From: Alphaproteobacteria bacterium
Lineage (GTDB): Bacteria; Pseudomonadota; Alphaproteobacteria; MPNO01
Assembly: GCA_964291675.2 (NCBI GenBank)
Contig: OZ219866.1
Location: 2,336,001 to 2,400,000, forward strand
DNA: 64,000 nt
Direction of reading: 5' to 3'
Made by a program: the position numbers and the translations under genes. A model generated the notes under the pieces. It worked only from the letters and a program-made list of their open reading frames with translations. It ran no database searches and was not told where the DNA came from. How positions within the stretch are numbered: the first letter of the stretch is position 1; the number at the start of each line of letters is the position of its first letter. This document shows, piece after piece, positions 12,276 through 20,733 of this stretch.

Positions 12276-13409
12276 ATGGACCGCGCCACCGAGATCGAAC
12301 TGCTGCAAGAGCTCGCGGAGCTGCGCCGGGCGCGCGGCTTCTGGCTCGACGACGGGGTCGCGACCTCGCCGGTCGCGCGCTACACCTCGCCCGAGCGGTT
12401 CTCGCGCGAGCGCGAGCGCCTGTTCCGCGCGCTTCCCGCGATCGTCGCGCATGCGAGCGAGCTGGCCGGGCCGGACAGCTTCCTGACCCGCGAGCTCGCC
12501 GGCCTGCCGCTGCTGCTCACCCGGGACGCCGGCGGCGCCGCGCATGCCTTCCTCAATGTCTGCCGCCATCGCGGCACCAGGCTGGTCGATGCCGCGGCGG
12601 GCTGCGCGCGCCGCTTCGTCTGCCCCTATCACGGCTGGACCTTCGACAACCGGGGCGCGCTGGAGGCCGTCACCCACGAGGCCGCCGGGTTTCCCGGCAT
12701 CGACAGGGGGGCGCTCGGGCTCAAGCGCCTGGGTTGCGCCGAGCGCCACGGCTGGGTCTGGGTCGCCGCCGGCGGCGGGACGGCGCCCGACATCGACGAG
12801 TTCCTCGACGGGCTCGCCGCCGACTTCGCCTGGCTCGACGCCGGCGCGCTCAGGATCGCGCACCGGGGCGTCGAGGAGCGGGCGGCGAACTGGAAGATCC
12901 TCGTCGAGGGCGGGATCGAGTCCTACCATTTCCGCATCGCCCACAAGGACTCGATCGGCCCCCATTTCCAGGACAATCTGTCGAGCTACCGGGTGTTCGG
13001 CCGGCATATCCGCTCGGTGCTGCCGCGCGCCCGGCTCGACGCCATGATCGACCGGCCGAGGGAGGGCTGGTCGCTGAGGCGGGCGGCCAACCTGGTCTAC
13101 ACCGTGTTCCCGTCCGCCCAGCTCCTGGTGCAGGAGGACCACATCGTCTGGATCCAGCCCCAGCCGCTCGCCCCCGGCCGGACCCGGCTCGGGATCGCCA
13201 CCCTGGGGCCGGCCGGATCCGGGGATGCCGGGCACTGGCGCAGGAACCACGCCATCACCGTCGAGACCCTGGCCGAGGATTTCGCCATCGGCGAGAGCAT
13301 CCAGAGCGGGCTCGACTCGGGTGCCAACGCGGAGCTCCGCTTCGGCCGCTTCGAGGGCGCGCTCGATCGCTTCAACCGGATCGTGGAACGGGAGATCGGC
13401 GCGGGCTGA
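12276..13409 (+). CDS. Rieske aromatic ring-hydroxylating oxygenase alpha subunit (choline monooxygenase-like group)
   Basis: CRHRG..CPYHGW; NWKILVEGGIESYHFRIAH; AEDF. Confidence 0.9.
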   Translation: MDRATEIELLQELAELRRARGFWLDDGVATSPVARYTSPERFSRERERLFRALPAIVAHASELAGPDSFLTRELAGLPLLLTRDAGGAAHAFLNVCRHRGTRLVDAAAGCARRFVCPYHGWTFDNRGALEAVTHEAAGFPGIDRGALGLKRLGCAERHGWVWVAAGGGTAPDIDEFLDGLAADFAWLDAGALRIAHRGVEERAANWKILVEGGIESYHFRIAHKDSIGPHFQDNLSSYRVFGRHIRSVLPRARLDAMIDRPREGWSLRRAANLVYTVFPSAQLLVQEDHIVWIQPQPLAPGRTRLGIATLGPAGSGDAGHWRRNHAITVETLAEDFAIGESIQSGLDSGANAELRFGRFEGALDRFNRIVEREIGAG

Positions 13410-13727
13410 CCTGCCACCGAAGCTCGACTGGCTCTCGGGCGTGCTCGTCGAGCGCCGCGGCGTCGCCAAACAGGAATGTACTTGTTCCGGCATCTGAACT
13501 AAGAAGCCCCCGCCCGGCAGTCGCGATCCCGGAACCGGCGATGCCGCGGGCCGCCAGCCCGCCACAGCGCGCATGGCGGCGGCGCTCGCCGTCTTCGGAT
13601 CGTCCAGGCTGCGGGATGGGAGGCGGAGGGTGACCGACAGCGATCCACCGGCGGAACACCGCGCGACGGCGGGACGGCGAGCGTCGATCCGCACCCCCCG
13701 AATCGCCGGGCGGCGGGGCTAGCTCCG

Positions 13728-14537
13728 ATGGCGGAGGTTCACGCGAGCGCCATCGTCGAGGAAGGGGCGGAGCTCGGCGAAGGGGTCGTCGTCGGCCCGT
13801 TCTGCACGGTCGGTCCGGATGCCGTTCTCGGCGACGGCGTGAAGCTGGTCTCGCACGCGGTCGTCGCCGGACGGACCGCGATCGGACGGAACACGGTGGT
13901 TCACCCGTTCGCCTCGATCGGCACGCCGCCGCAGGACCTCAAATACCGGGGCGAGCCGTCCCGGCTGGAGATCGGCGCCAACAACGTCATCCGCGAGCAT
14001 GTGACCATGAACCCGGGGACCGAAGGCGGCGGCATGCTGACCCGGGTGGGCGACCATGGGCTGTTCATGACGGGCGCCCACGTCGCCCATGATTGCGCGC
14101 TCGGCGATAACGTTATCCTGGTGAACGACGCGGCGCTCGGCGGGCATGTCACGATCGGCGACTTCGCGATCGTGGGCGGGCTCTCCGGGGTGCACCAGTT
14201 CTGCCGCATCGGCGCCCACGCGATCGTCGGCGCCGAGTCCATGGTCGCCCAGGATGTCATCCCCTACGGGTCGGTGACCGGCGAGCGGGCACGGCTCGTC
14301 GGGCTCAACATGGAGGGCCTCAGGCGGCTGGAACTGCCGCAGGCCGACATCCAGGCGCTGCGTGCCGCCTATCGCCTCCTGTTCGCGGCGGAGGGGACCC
14401 TTGCCGAGCGTCTGGAGGACGTGAGCCGGATGTACTCCGGCAACGAGGCGGTGATGGACATCGTCTCGTTCATCCGTGCCGAATCTTCGCGCGCGATCTG
14501 CCAGCCCGCGACCTCCGGCGGCGCGCAGGGGACGTGA
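13728..14537 (+). CDS. lpxA: Acyl-ACP--UDP-N-acetylglucosamine O-acyltransferase, orphan copy
   Basis: Hexapeptide repeats, PQDLKY, AHVAHDC, GHV, VHQF, GLN..GLRR. Confidence 0.92.
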   Translation: MAEVHASAIVEEGAELGEGVVVGPFCTVGPDAVLGDGVKLVSHAVVAGRTAIGRNTVVHPFASIGTPPQDLKYRGEPSRLEIGANNVIREHVTMNPGTEGGGMLTRVGDHGLFMTGAHVAHDCALGDNVILVNDAALGGHVTIGDFAIVGGLSGVHQFCRIGAHAIVGAESMVAQDVIPYGSVTGERARLVGLNMEGLRRLELPQADIQALRAAYRLLFAAEGTLAERLEDVSRMYSGNEAVMDIVSFIRAESSRAICQPATSGGAQGT

Positions 14538-15313
14538 GCTCCGAACGTTCGACGATGCACGCCGCCCTCCGCCGGCTTCTCGGACAGGCCCCGATCCTCG
14601 CGGCCCTCGGCCTCGCGCTGGCCGCGAGCTGGGGGTTCGTCGCCTGGATGACGCTCGACATGGCGCACCCCCTGGTGCGGCTGGCGATGCCGATGGACGC
14701 CGCATGGTCGGCCGCCACCGCGGTCGCGGTCCTCGCCATGTGGGCCGGGATGATGTTCGCCATGATGCTGCCCTCGGCGGCGCCGATGATCCTCGCCTTC
14801 GACACCGTCGAACGCGGCGGCGCCGGGGACGGCGGAGCGGCGCCGCGGACGCTCGTCTTCGCCGGCGGCTATCTGCTGGTCTGGGTCGGCTATTCCGGGC
14901 TCGCCGCCGGCGCGCAGTGGGGGTTTCAGGCGAGCGGGCTGCTGACGCCGATGATCGCGAGCCGCTCCGACTGGCTCACCGGGGGGCTGCTGGCGCTTGC
15001 CGGGCTCTACCAGTGGACGCCGATCAAGCAGGCCTGCCTCAGGCATTGCCGCACGCCGCTCGGCTTCCTGATGGCGGAGTGGCGCGACGGCGCGCGGGGC
15101 GCGCTCGCGATGGGGCTTAGGCACGGCCTCTACTGCGCCGGCTGCTGCTGGGCGCTGATGCTGCTGCTGTTCGTCGCGGGCGTCATGAACCCGGTCTGGA
15201 TAGTGTTCCTGACCGTGCTGGTGGCGCTGGAGAAATGGCCGGTCCTGCCCGCCTGGCTCGCCCGGCTGTCCGGCGCAATGATGGTCGGCGCGGGAGCGGC
15301 GATCCTGGTCTGA
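14534..15313 (+). CDS. DUF2182 predicted metal-binding membrane protein
   Basis: AMMLPSAAP, YQWTPIKQACLRHCRTP, YCAGCCWALM. Confidence 0.9.
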   Translation: MSSERSTMHAALRRLLGQAPILAALGLALAASWGFVAWMTLDMAHPLVRLAMPMDAAWSAATAVAVLAMWAGMMFAMMLPSAAPMILAFDTVERGGAGDGGAAPRTLVFAGGYLLVWVGYSGLAAGAQWGFQASGLLTPMIASRSDWLTGGLLALAGLYQWTPIKQACLRHCRTPLGFLMAEWRDGARGALAMGLRHGLYCAGCCWALMLLLFVAGVMNPVWIVFLTVLVALEKWPVLPAWLARLSGAMMVGAGAAILV

Positions 15314-15322
15314 CCGGCCCAG

Positions 15323-15585
15323 CCCGGATTTCTCACCACTGTCATGGTCTGCGCGGCGCTGTCCGGCCGACAGGGCAGGAGAGGCGCGCGGCGCGATGCG
15401 GGGACATCGGGCAAGCGCCACGACGCACCCTGTCGGCCGGAGAGCGCCGCCCGAAGGGTCGCGCCCGGGCGCCCGCCCGCGGCGTCGCGGGCCTCGACCG
15501 TAGTGCCGCTACGCCCTTCGGCCCGCTCCTGGCGGGACGAACGCCCGGGCGCGACGCAGGCCATGACAGTGGTGAGAAATCCGGG
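15323..15585. mobile_element. MITE-like element, family D (long variant, 263 bp)
   Basis: 31-bp terminal inverted repeats CCCGGATTTCTCACCACTGTCATGG(T/C)CTGCG; right part matches 35084-35218 in reverse orientation. Confidence 0.85.
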
Positions 15586-16233
15586 CTACGGTCCGGTCCA
15601 GTCGAACGGGATGTGCTTGGCCGAATTCACGTCCCAGGAGTACTGGAAGCCGAACGCGTCCACCCGGCACACGGTCGACTTGCCCCAGGTGACGAGCTGC
15701 GGCCCGGGCCCGGTCTCCGAGCCCGGCGCGTTGGCCATGCGCGGGTATGTGCCGGGATTGCTGGTGGGTCCGGTCAGGGCCTCAGCCCAGGCCGTCACCT
15801 TGCCCGCGATGTCGACGCCCCAGCGCGACTGGTCGGGCGCGATCTCGAAGGAGATCCTGGCGCGTTCGACGCCGACCACCTGGCGGCCCTCGGCGAACAT
15901 GGCCGCCACCTTGGCCATGAAGCCGCCGGCCCGGCCGCCGATGATCGCCGTCAGCGCCTCGGCCTGGGCGTCGTCGGCGCGCTCGTCGATGAAGATGCCG
16001 GCCTTGCCGCTCGCCTTGCCGGCCCACAGATCGCCCTCCCAGCGCCCGACCCGCACGAACACGCGGTCGTCGAGGACGGTGTCCCCGTAATGCCCGCGCG
16101 TGACGTGCCACAGCAGCACCCCTTCGCACCATCCGTTGTCCGGCGCCTGCGCGAAGGTGCAGGGGCAGGCGATGTCGCAGCTGCAATTGTCGAACCAGTC
16201 GCCGACGATGTGCCAGTCCGGCGTATCCGCCAT
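15586..16233 (-). CDS. DUF1326 domain protein
   Basis: GDWFDNCSCDIACPC..GWCEG, IDERADDAQAEAL. Confidence 0.9.
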   Translation of the reverse strand: MADTPDWHIVGDWFDNCSCDIACPCTFAQAPDNGWCEGVLLWHVTRGHYGDTVLDDRVFVRVGRWEGDLWAGKASGKAGIFIDERADDAQAEALTAIIGGRAGGFMAKVAAMFAEGRQVVGVERARISFEIAPDQSRWGVDIAGKVTAWAEALTGPTSNPGTYPRMANAPGSETGPGPQLVTWGKSTVCRVDAFGFQYSWDVNSAKHIPFDWTGP

Positions 16234-16354
16234 GCGTGCCTCCCAGGCCGTCGCAACCCGTCCGCCGATGGTATGCGACGGCGGTGGCGGCGCACAACAG
16301 GCTTGGCGGCACGGGGCGGCGGCGGGACTGAATTGCTCGCAACGAAAAAAGTGC

Positions 16355-16383
16355 TTGACATGGGACACGTTTTGGGGTAGATT
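16355..16383 (+). promoter_or_regulatory. Sigma70-type promoter
   Basis: TTGACA-17bp-TAGATT preceded by an A-tract, in an otherwise GC-rich context. Confidence 0.6.
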
Positions 16384-16400
16384 TGGCACAGTCGAGAAAT

Positions 16401-16430
16401 GGGGCCCCGGACACTCCGGCGCCCCTTTTT
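16401..16430 (+). terminator. Terminator-like hairpin in the leader
   Basis: GGGGC-CCGGA-cac-TCCGG-c-GCCCC followed by TTTTTT. Confidence 0.45.
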
Positions 16431-16470
16431 CGTGCCCGCATCCCCGGCACCGCAAACGGAGCACCCCCCG

Positions 16471-16946
16471 ATGGACAAGCGTGTCGGACGCCTCGAACGC
16501 ATCGAGCCCTCCTGCGTATGGAAGAACGAGCCGGGCGAGTTCCTCCCCTGGCTCGCGGCGCGGGAGAGCCTGGACTGTCTCGGCGCCGCGCTCGGCCTCG
16601 CCCTCGAGCCGGTGGCGCGGGAGGCCCGGGTGGGGCATTTGTGCGCCGATCTCCTGTGCCGCGACCGCGGCCCCGGGCCAACGTGGTGATCGAGGCCCGG
16701 CTCGGGACCTCCGACCACCGGCATCTCGGCCAAATCCTGACCTGTGCCTGCGGACTCCAGGCCCGCGCCGTGGTCTGGCTCGCGTCCCGGTTCCACGCCG
16801 CACACCGCACTGCGTTCGACCTGTTCAACGAGTGCCGCCCGCTCCGGCTGGACTGCTTCGCCATCGAGATGGAGATGTGGAAGATCGGCGCGTCGGACAC
16901 CGCCCCTCCGTCATGGCCCGACTCGATCCACTGCTGTCCGGTTTAG
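16471..16946 (+). pseudogene. Frameshifted, truncated DUF4268-associated PD-(D/E)XK (NucS-like) nuclease
   Basis: GRLERIE..VWKNE..FLPWLA..VGHLCADLL, frameshift near 16680, then VVIEARLGTSDHRHLGQILT..WKIGAS; cut off at a palindromic repeat near 16909. Confidence 0.75.
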
Positions 16947-17236
16947 CCTTCGACGCGCGTCGCGCGCGGCGTTTCCCGCCCCATCACCATGCCTCCCCCC
17001 ATCGTCATGCCCCGGCCCCCGGATCAAGTCCGGGGGTGATCCGGGCATCCACTGGCGCCGCCGCCTCTCCCGACGGGGCGTTGTACCGGTGGCGCCAGTG
17101 GTTGCGCGGATCAAGTCCGCGCATGGGTGGCCGGATCAAGTCCGGCCATGACGGGGTGAGGGTGGCGGTGGAGGAGTACGGGAGCCGGGGGCGGACCGCC
17201 CCGCCCTTGGATGCCCGAACGAGTCCGGGCATGACG
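16909..17236. repeat. Cluster of family B palindromic units
   Basis: CGTCATGGCCCGACTCGATCCAC, CGTCATGCCCCGG..CCGGGCATCCAC, three CGGATCAAGTCCG units, GGATGCCCG..CGGGCATGACG. Confidence 0.8.
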
Positions 17237-17271
17237 GAGGGGCGTGGCCGGACCGCCCGACCCTGTCTCGG

Positions 17272-17584
17272 AGCTCGATGACGATCTTGCCGAAATGGCC
17301 GGCCGCTGCCATGCGGCGACAGGCCTCCCGGGCATCGGCGAAGGCGAGGCGCCGGTCGATGACCGGTCTCGCGCCGCCGGCCTCGATGGCGGCGTTCATG
17401 TCCAAAAACATGGCCCGGCTGCCGACATGGATGCCGTCGAGGCGGACCGCCTCGATGGATTGCGCGAGCGTGCCGCCGCCGTCGACCTCCACGACACGGT
17501 CGACGCCGTCCCCGCCGTCATCTCGCGCGCCGCCGCGGCCCGGCCGGGCGTCGCCGCGTCGTTGATCGTCCGCCACGCCCCCAT
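17272..17584 (-). pseudogene. C-terminal remnant of an MDR-family NAD(P)-dependent oxidoreductase
   Basis: GVDRVVEVDGGGTLAQSIEAV, VGSRAMFLDMN, PVIDRR..GHFGKIVI; frameshift and apparent internal deletion; no N-terminus. Confidence 0.7.
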
Positions 17585-17616
17585 GTCGCGGGCGCGGGCG
17601 CGTCATGGGCGCCCCG

Positions 17617-17645
17617 CGATTCCATCCCGAACCGACATGCTCTAG
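17617..17645 (-). repeat. Family C short end-like motif
   Basis: Minus strand TAGAGCATGTCGGTTCGGGATGGAATCG; relatives at 32667-32694 and 41192-41220. Confidence 0.55.
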
Positions 17646-17680
17646 TCTGGAGGCTCGTGCCGACACGAGGGACCGCCGCC

Positions 17681-18748
17681 ATGAGCGCCGAGACGATCGC
17701 ACCGTTTCTGAGCAACGCCTGGTACGTCGCCGCCTGGCCGGAGGAGATCGGCGAGGCGCCGCTCGCCCGGACCATCATGAACCGGCCCATCGTGCTGTTC
17801 CGCGACGCCGACGGCAGGGCGGCGGCGCTGGAGGACCGGTGCTGCCACCGCGGCGCGCCGCTGACCCACGGCAGCGTGGTCGCCGAGGGGATCCAGTGCG
17901 GCTATCACGGGCTGGTCTACGACCGCAGCGGGCGCTGCGTGCGCATCCCGGGCCAGGAGCGGATCGCCGGCGAGGCGCGAGTGCGCGCCTATCCGGTGGT
18001 CGAGCGGCAGCAATTCGTCTGGATCTGGATGGGCGATCCGGCGCTCGCCGACGAAAGCGCCATCCTCGACTACCTGTGGCACGACCGGCCGGAGCGCTGG
18101 CCGCACCGGCGCGCGATGTTCCGCATCGCCGCCAACTACATGATGATGATGGACAATCTGATGGATCTGTCGCCTCTGGGCTATCTCCACGCCCGGACCA
18201 TCGGCGGCTCCCCGCTGGTCCACTCGACCGACGAGATGAAGGTCGAGCGGCGGCCGACGGGGGTGATGCTGATCCGCGAGATGCGCGACATGCCCGCGCC
18301 GCCGAGCTTCGTCAGGGCGGTCGGGTTCGAGGGGAAGATCGACCGGCGCCAGGAGTTCGAATACGTCGCCCCGGCCGCGGTGCTGCAATGGGCGGGCGCG
18401 GTGGACACCGGCAAGGATTTGAAGGACGAGAACGATCCGGGCGCCTTCCGGGTCCGGCTGTTCCACGGGGCGACGCCGGAGACCGAGTCGAGCTTCCACT
18501 ATTTCTGGTCGTCCGCGACCGGCTTCCGCACCGACGACCCGGAGGCGGTCGAGGGGTTCTTCGAGGAGGTGCACGCCACCTTCCTGGAGGACAAGGCGAT
18601 CATGGAGGCCCAGCAGCAGCGCATCGCGCTGGAGCCCGGCCGCTCGCTGGTGGCGATCCGCGCCGACAACGCCCTGGTCGCCGCGCGCCGCCACCTGCAG
18701 CGCCTGCTGGATGCGGAGAACGCGCCGCCGGCGGTCGCGGCGGAGTAG
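17681..18748 (+). CDS. VanA/dicamba-type Rieske oxygenase alpha subunit, first Fe-ligand His replaced by Pro
   Basis: FLSNAWYVAAW, DRCCHR..CGYHG; DNLMDLSPLGYLH where paralogs have DLSH. Confidence 0.88.
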   Translation: MSAETIAPFLSNAWYVAAWPEEIGEAPLARTIMNRPIVLFRDADGRAAALEDRCCHRGAPLTHGSVVAEGIQCGYHGLVYDRSGRCVRIPGQERIAGEARVRAYPVVERQQFVWIWMGDPALADESAILDYLWHDRPERWPHRRAMFRIAANYMMMMDNLMDLSPLGYLHARTIGGSPLVHSTDEMKVERRPTGVMLIREMRDMPAPPSFVRAVGFEGKIDRRQEFEYVAPAAVLQWAGAVDTGKDLKDENDPGAFRVRLFHGATPETESSFHYFWSSATGFRTDDPEAVEGFFEEVHATFLEDKAIMEAQQQRIALEPGRSLVAIRADNALVAARRHLQRLLDAENAPPAVAAE

Positions 18749-18768
18749 CGCCCGGGGCCAGCCGGGGG

Positions 18769-19446
18769 ATGGCCGGCTTCGCCGACTACGACGACCTCGG
18801 CGCGCTCGGCCGCGCGCGCCGGCCGGGCGCCCTCCATGCCGCGCGCGAGGCGGCCGCGTTGACGCTCGCCGAATACGACCGCATGGCGGAGGACTTCCGC
18901 GCCGGCACCGCCGACCACGACGTGAGCCAGAACATCGAGGCCCTGCTGGAGGCCATCGAGGGCGCGCCGCCGCATGCGATCCTCGATCTCGGCTGCGGGC
19001 CGGGCCGCGATCTTCGCGCCTTCGCCGCGCTCGGCCACGATGCGACCGGGCTCGACGGCTCGGCGGCGCTGGCGGCGATGGCCCGCGCCGCGTCCGGCTG
19101 TCCGGTGCTGCACCAGGATTTCCTCGCGCTCGACCTGCCGCCCGCGAGCTACGACGGAATCTTCGCCAACGCCGCGCTGTTCCACGTGCCGAGCAGCCAG
19201 ATCGCCCGCGTGCTCGCCGAGCTCGCCGCCGCGCTGAAGCCCCGCGGCGTGCTGTTCTGCTCCAACCCGCGCGGCAACAACGAGGAGGGCTGGGTCGGCG
19301 GCCGCTATGGCTGCTTCTACGACCTGGAGACCTGGCGCGGCCACGCCGCCGGGGCGGGTTTTTCGGAGCTCCGCCACTACTACCGCCCGCCCGGCCGCCC
19401 CCGCGCCCAGCAGCCCTGGCTCGCCACGGTGTGGCGCAGGGGCTGA
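18769..19446 (+). CDS. Class I SAM-dependent methyltransferase
   Basis: ILDLGCGPGRD, YDGIFANAALFHVP, LKPRG; start uncertain. Confidence 0.85.
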   Translation: MAGFADYDDLGALGRARRPGALHAAREAAALTLAEYDRMAEDFRAGTADHDVSQNIEALLEAIEGAPPHAILDLGCGPGRDLRAFAALGHDATGLDGSAALAAMARAASGCPVLHQDFLALDLPPASYDGIFANAALFHVPSSQIARVLAELAAALKPRGVLFCSNPRGNNEEGWVGGRYGCFYDLETWRGHAAGAGFSELRHYYRPPGRPRAQQPWLATVWRRG

Positions 19447-19456
19447 GGGGACGGCC

Positions 19457-20386
19457 ATGGCACTGCTGATCGTCAACCTGATGATGGGGACGCAGGAGGA
19501 CTGGCGGGCGGCGATCAATGCCGAGCTGCCCGATCTGGAGGTGCGGTTCTGGCCCGGGATCGGCGACCCGGCCGATATCGAGTATCTGGCGTTTACCCGC
19601 CCCAATCTCGACGAGTGGCCGGCATTCCCCAACCTCAAGGCGATGCTGACCCGCCAGGCGGGGGTCGACGGGTTCGTGCGCCATCCCGGCCTGCCGGACG
19701 TGCCGCTGTCCAAGCTGGAGCCCGAGGACGGCGACCCGATGATGACCGAATACGCGGTCATGCACGTGCTCCGGCTGCACCGCCACATGCCGACCTACGC
19801 CGAACGCCAGGCGCGGAGGGAATGGCGCGAGGTGGCGCAGAAGCGGCCCGGGGAACGCACCGTCGGCTTCCTCGGCTACGGCACGATGGCGCGCAAGCCG
19901 GCGCGCATCCTCGCCGATCTGGGGTTCGACGTCGCCGCCTGGACGCGGACGCCGAAGCCCGATGCGGGGATCCCGGTCTTCGCCGGCGCCGAGCGCCTGG
20001 ACGCGATCCTCGAACGCTCGGACATCGTGGTCTGCCTGCTGCCGCTGACGGCGGAGACGCGCGGCATCCTGAACGCGGCGGCGTTCGCGAAAATGCCGGC
20101 GGGCGGCATGGTGATCAATATCGGCCGCGGCGAGCACGTGGTCGCCGAAGACCTGATCGCGGCGCTCGATTCGGGCCATCTCTACCACGCCGCGCTCGAC
20201 GTGCATTCGCCCGAGCCGCTGCCGCCGGAGAGCCCGCTCTGGGACCATCCCAAGGTGACCGTCATGCCGCATGTCGCGCGACGCCCCGATATCGCGCAGC
20301 TCGCGCCGCAGATCGTCGCCAATATCAGGCTTCGCGAGGCCGGCCGGAGGCTGCTCCAGGAGGTCGACCGCGAGGCCGGCTACTAG
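19457..20386 (+). CDS. ghrA: Glyoxylate/hydroxypyruvate reductase A family D-2-hydroxyacid dehydrogenase
   Basis: GFLGYGTM, LLPLTAET, INIGRG, LDV..PEPLP, PHVA. Confidence 0.8.
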   Translation: MALLIVNLMMGTQEDWRAAINAELPDLEVRFWPGIGDPADIEYLAFTRPNLDEWPAFPNLKAMLTRQAGVDGFVRHPGLPDVPLSKLEPEDGDPMMTEYAVMHVLRLHRHMPTYAERQARREWREVAQKRPGERTVGFLGYGTMARKPARILADLGFDVAAWTRTPKPDAGIPVFAGAERLDAILERSDIVVCLLPLTAETRGILNAAAFAKMPAGGMVINIGRGEHVVAEDLIAALDSGHLYHAALDVHSPEPLPPESPLWDHPKVTVMPHVARRPDIAQLAPQIVANIRLREAGRRLLQEVDREAGY

Positions 20387-20409
20387 CACCCGCAACGCAG
20401 GAGGACATC

Positions 20410-20694
20410 ATGGCACTCAACCGGTACATCATCGAACGCGACATTCCCGCGGTCGGCACGCTGGAACGCCAGCAGCTCGCCGAGGCCGCCGCCAAGTCGA
20501 ACGAGGCGCTGGCCCGGCTCGCCCCCGACATCCAGTGGGTGGAGAGCTTCGTCGCCGCCGACAAGACATTCTGCGTGTACCTCGCCAGCGGCGAGGATAT
20601 CATCCGCAAGCACGCGGAAATCAGCGGATTCCCGGCGACCAGGGTGACCGCCATCGGCAAGACGATCGATCCGACCACCGAGAAGGGCGGCTGA
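20410..20694 (+). CDS. DUF4242 domain protein
   Basis: YIIERDIP, IQWVESFV..DKTFCVYLA, HAEISGFPA. Confidence 0.85.
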   Translation: MALNRYIIERDIPAVGTLERQQLAEAAAKSNEALARLAPDIQWVESFVAADKTFCVYLASGEDIIRKHAEISGFPATRVTAIGKTIDPTTEKGG

Positions 20695-20733
20695 ACGCGT
20701 CCCTGGACCTTCGAGCCGCGGGGGGCATGCGAC

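Noticed and set aside
13410-13727. AT-richer patch upstream of lpxA as a LexA box or gene remnant
   Set aside because: No proper GTTC-N7-GTTC match and no identifiable ORF
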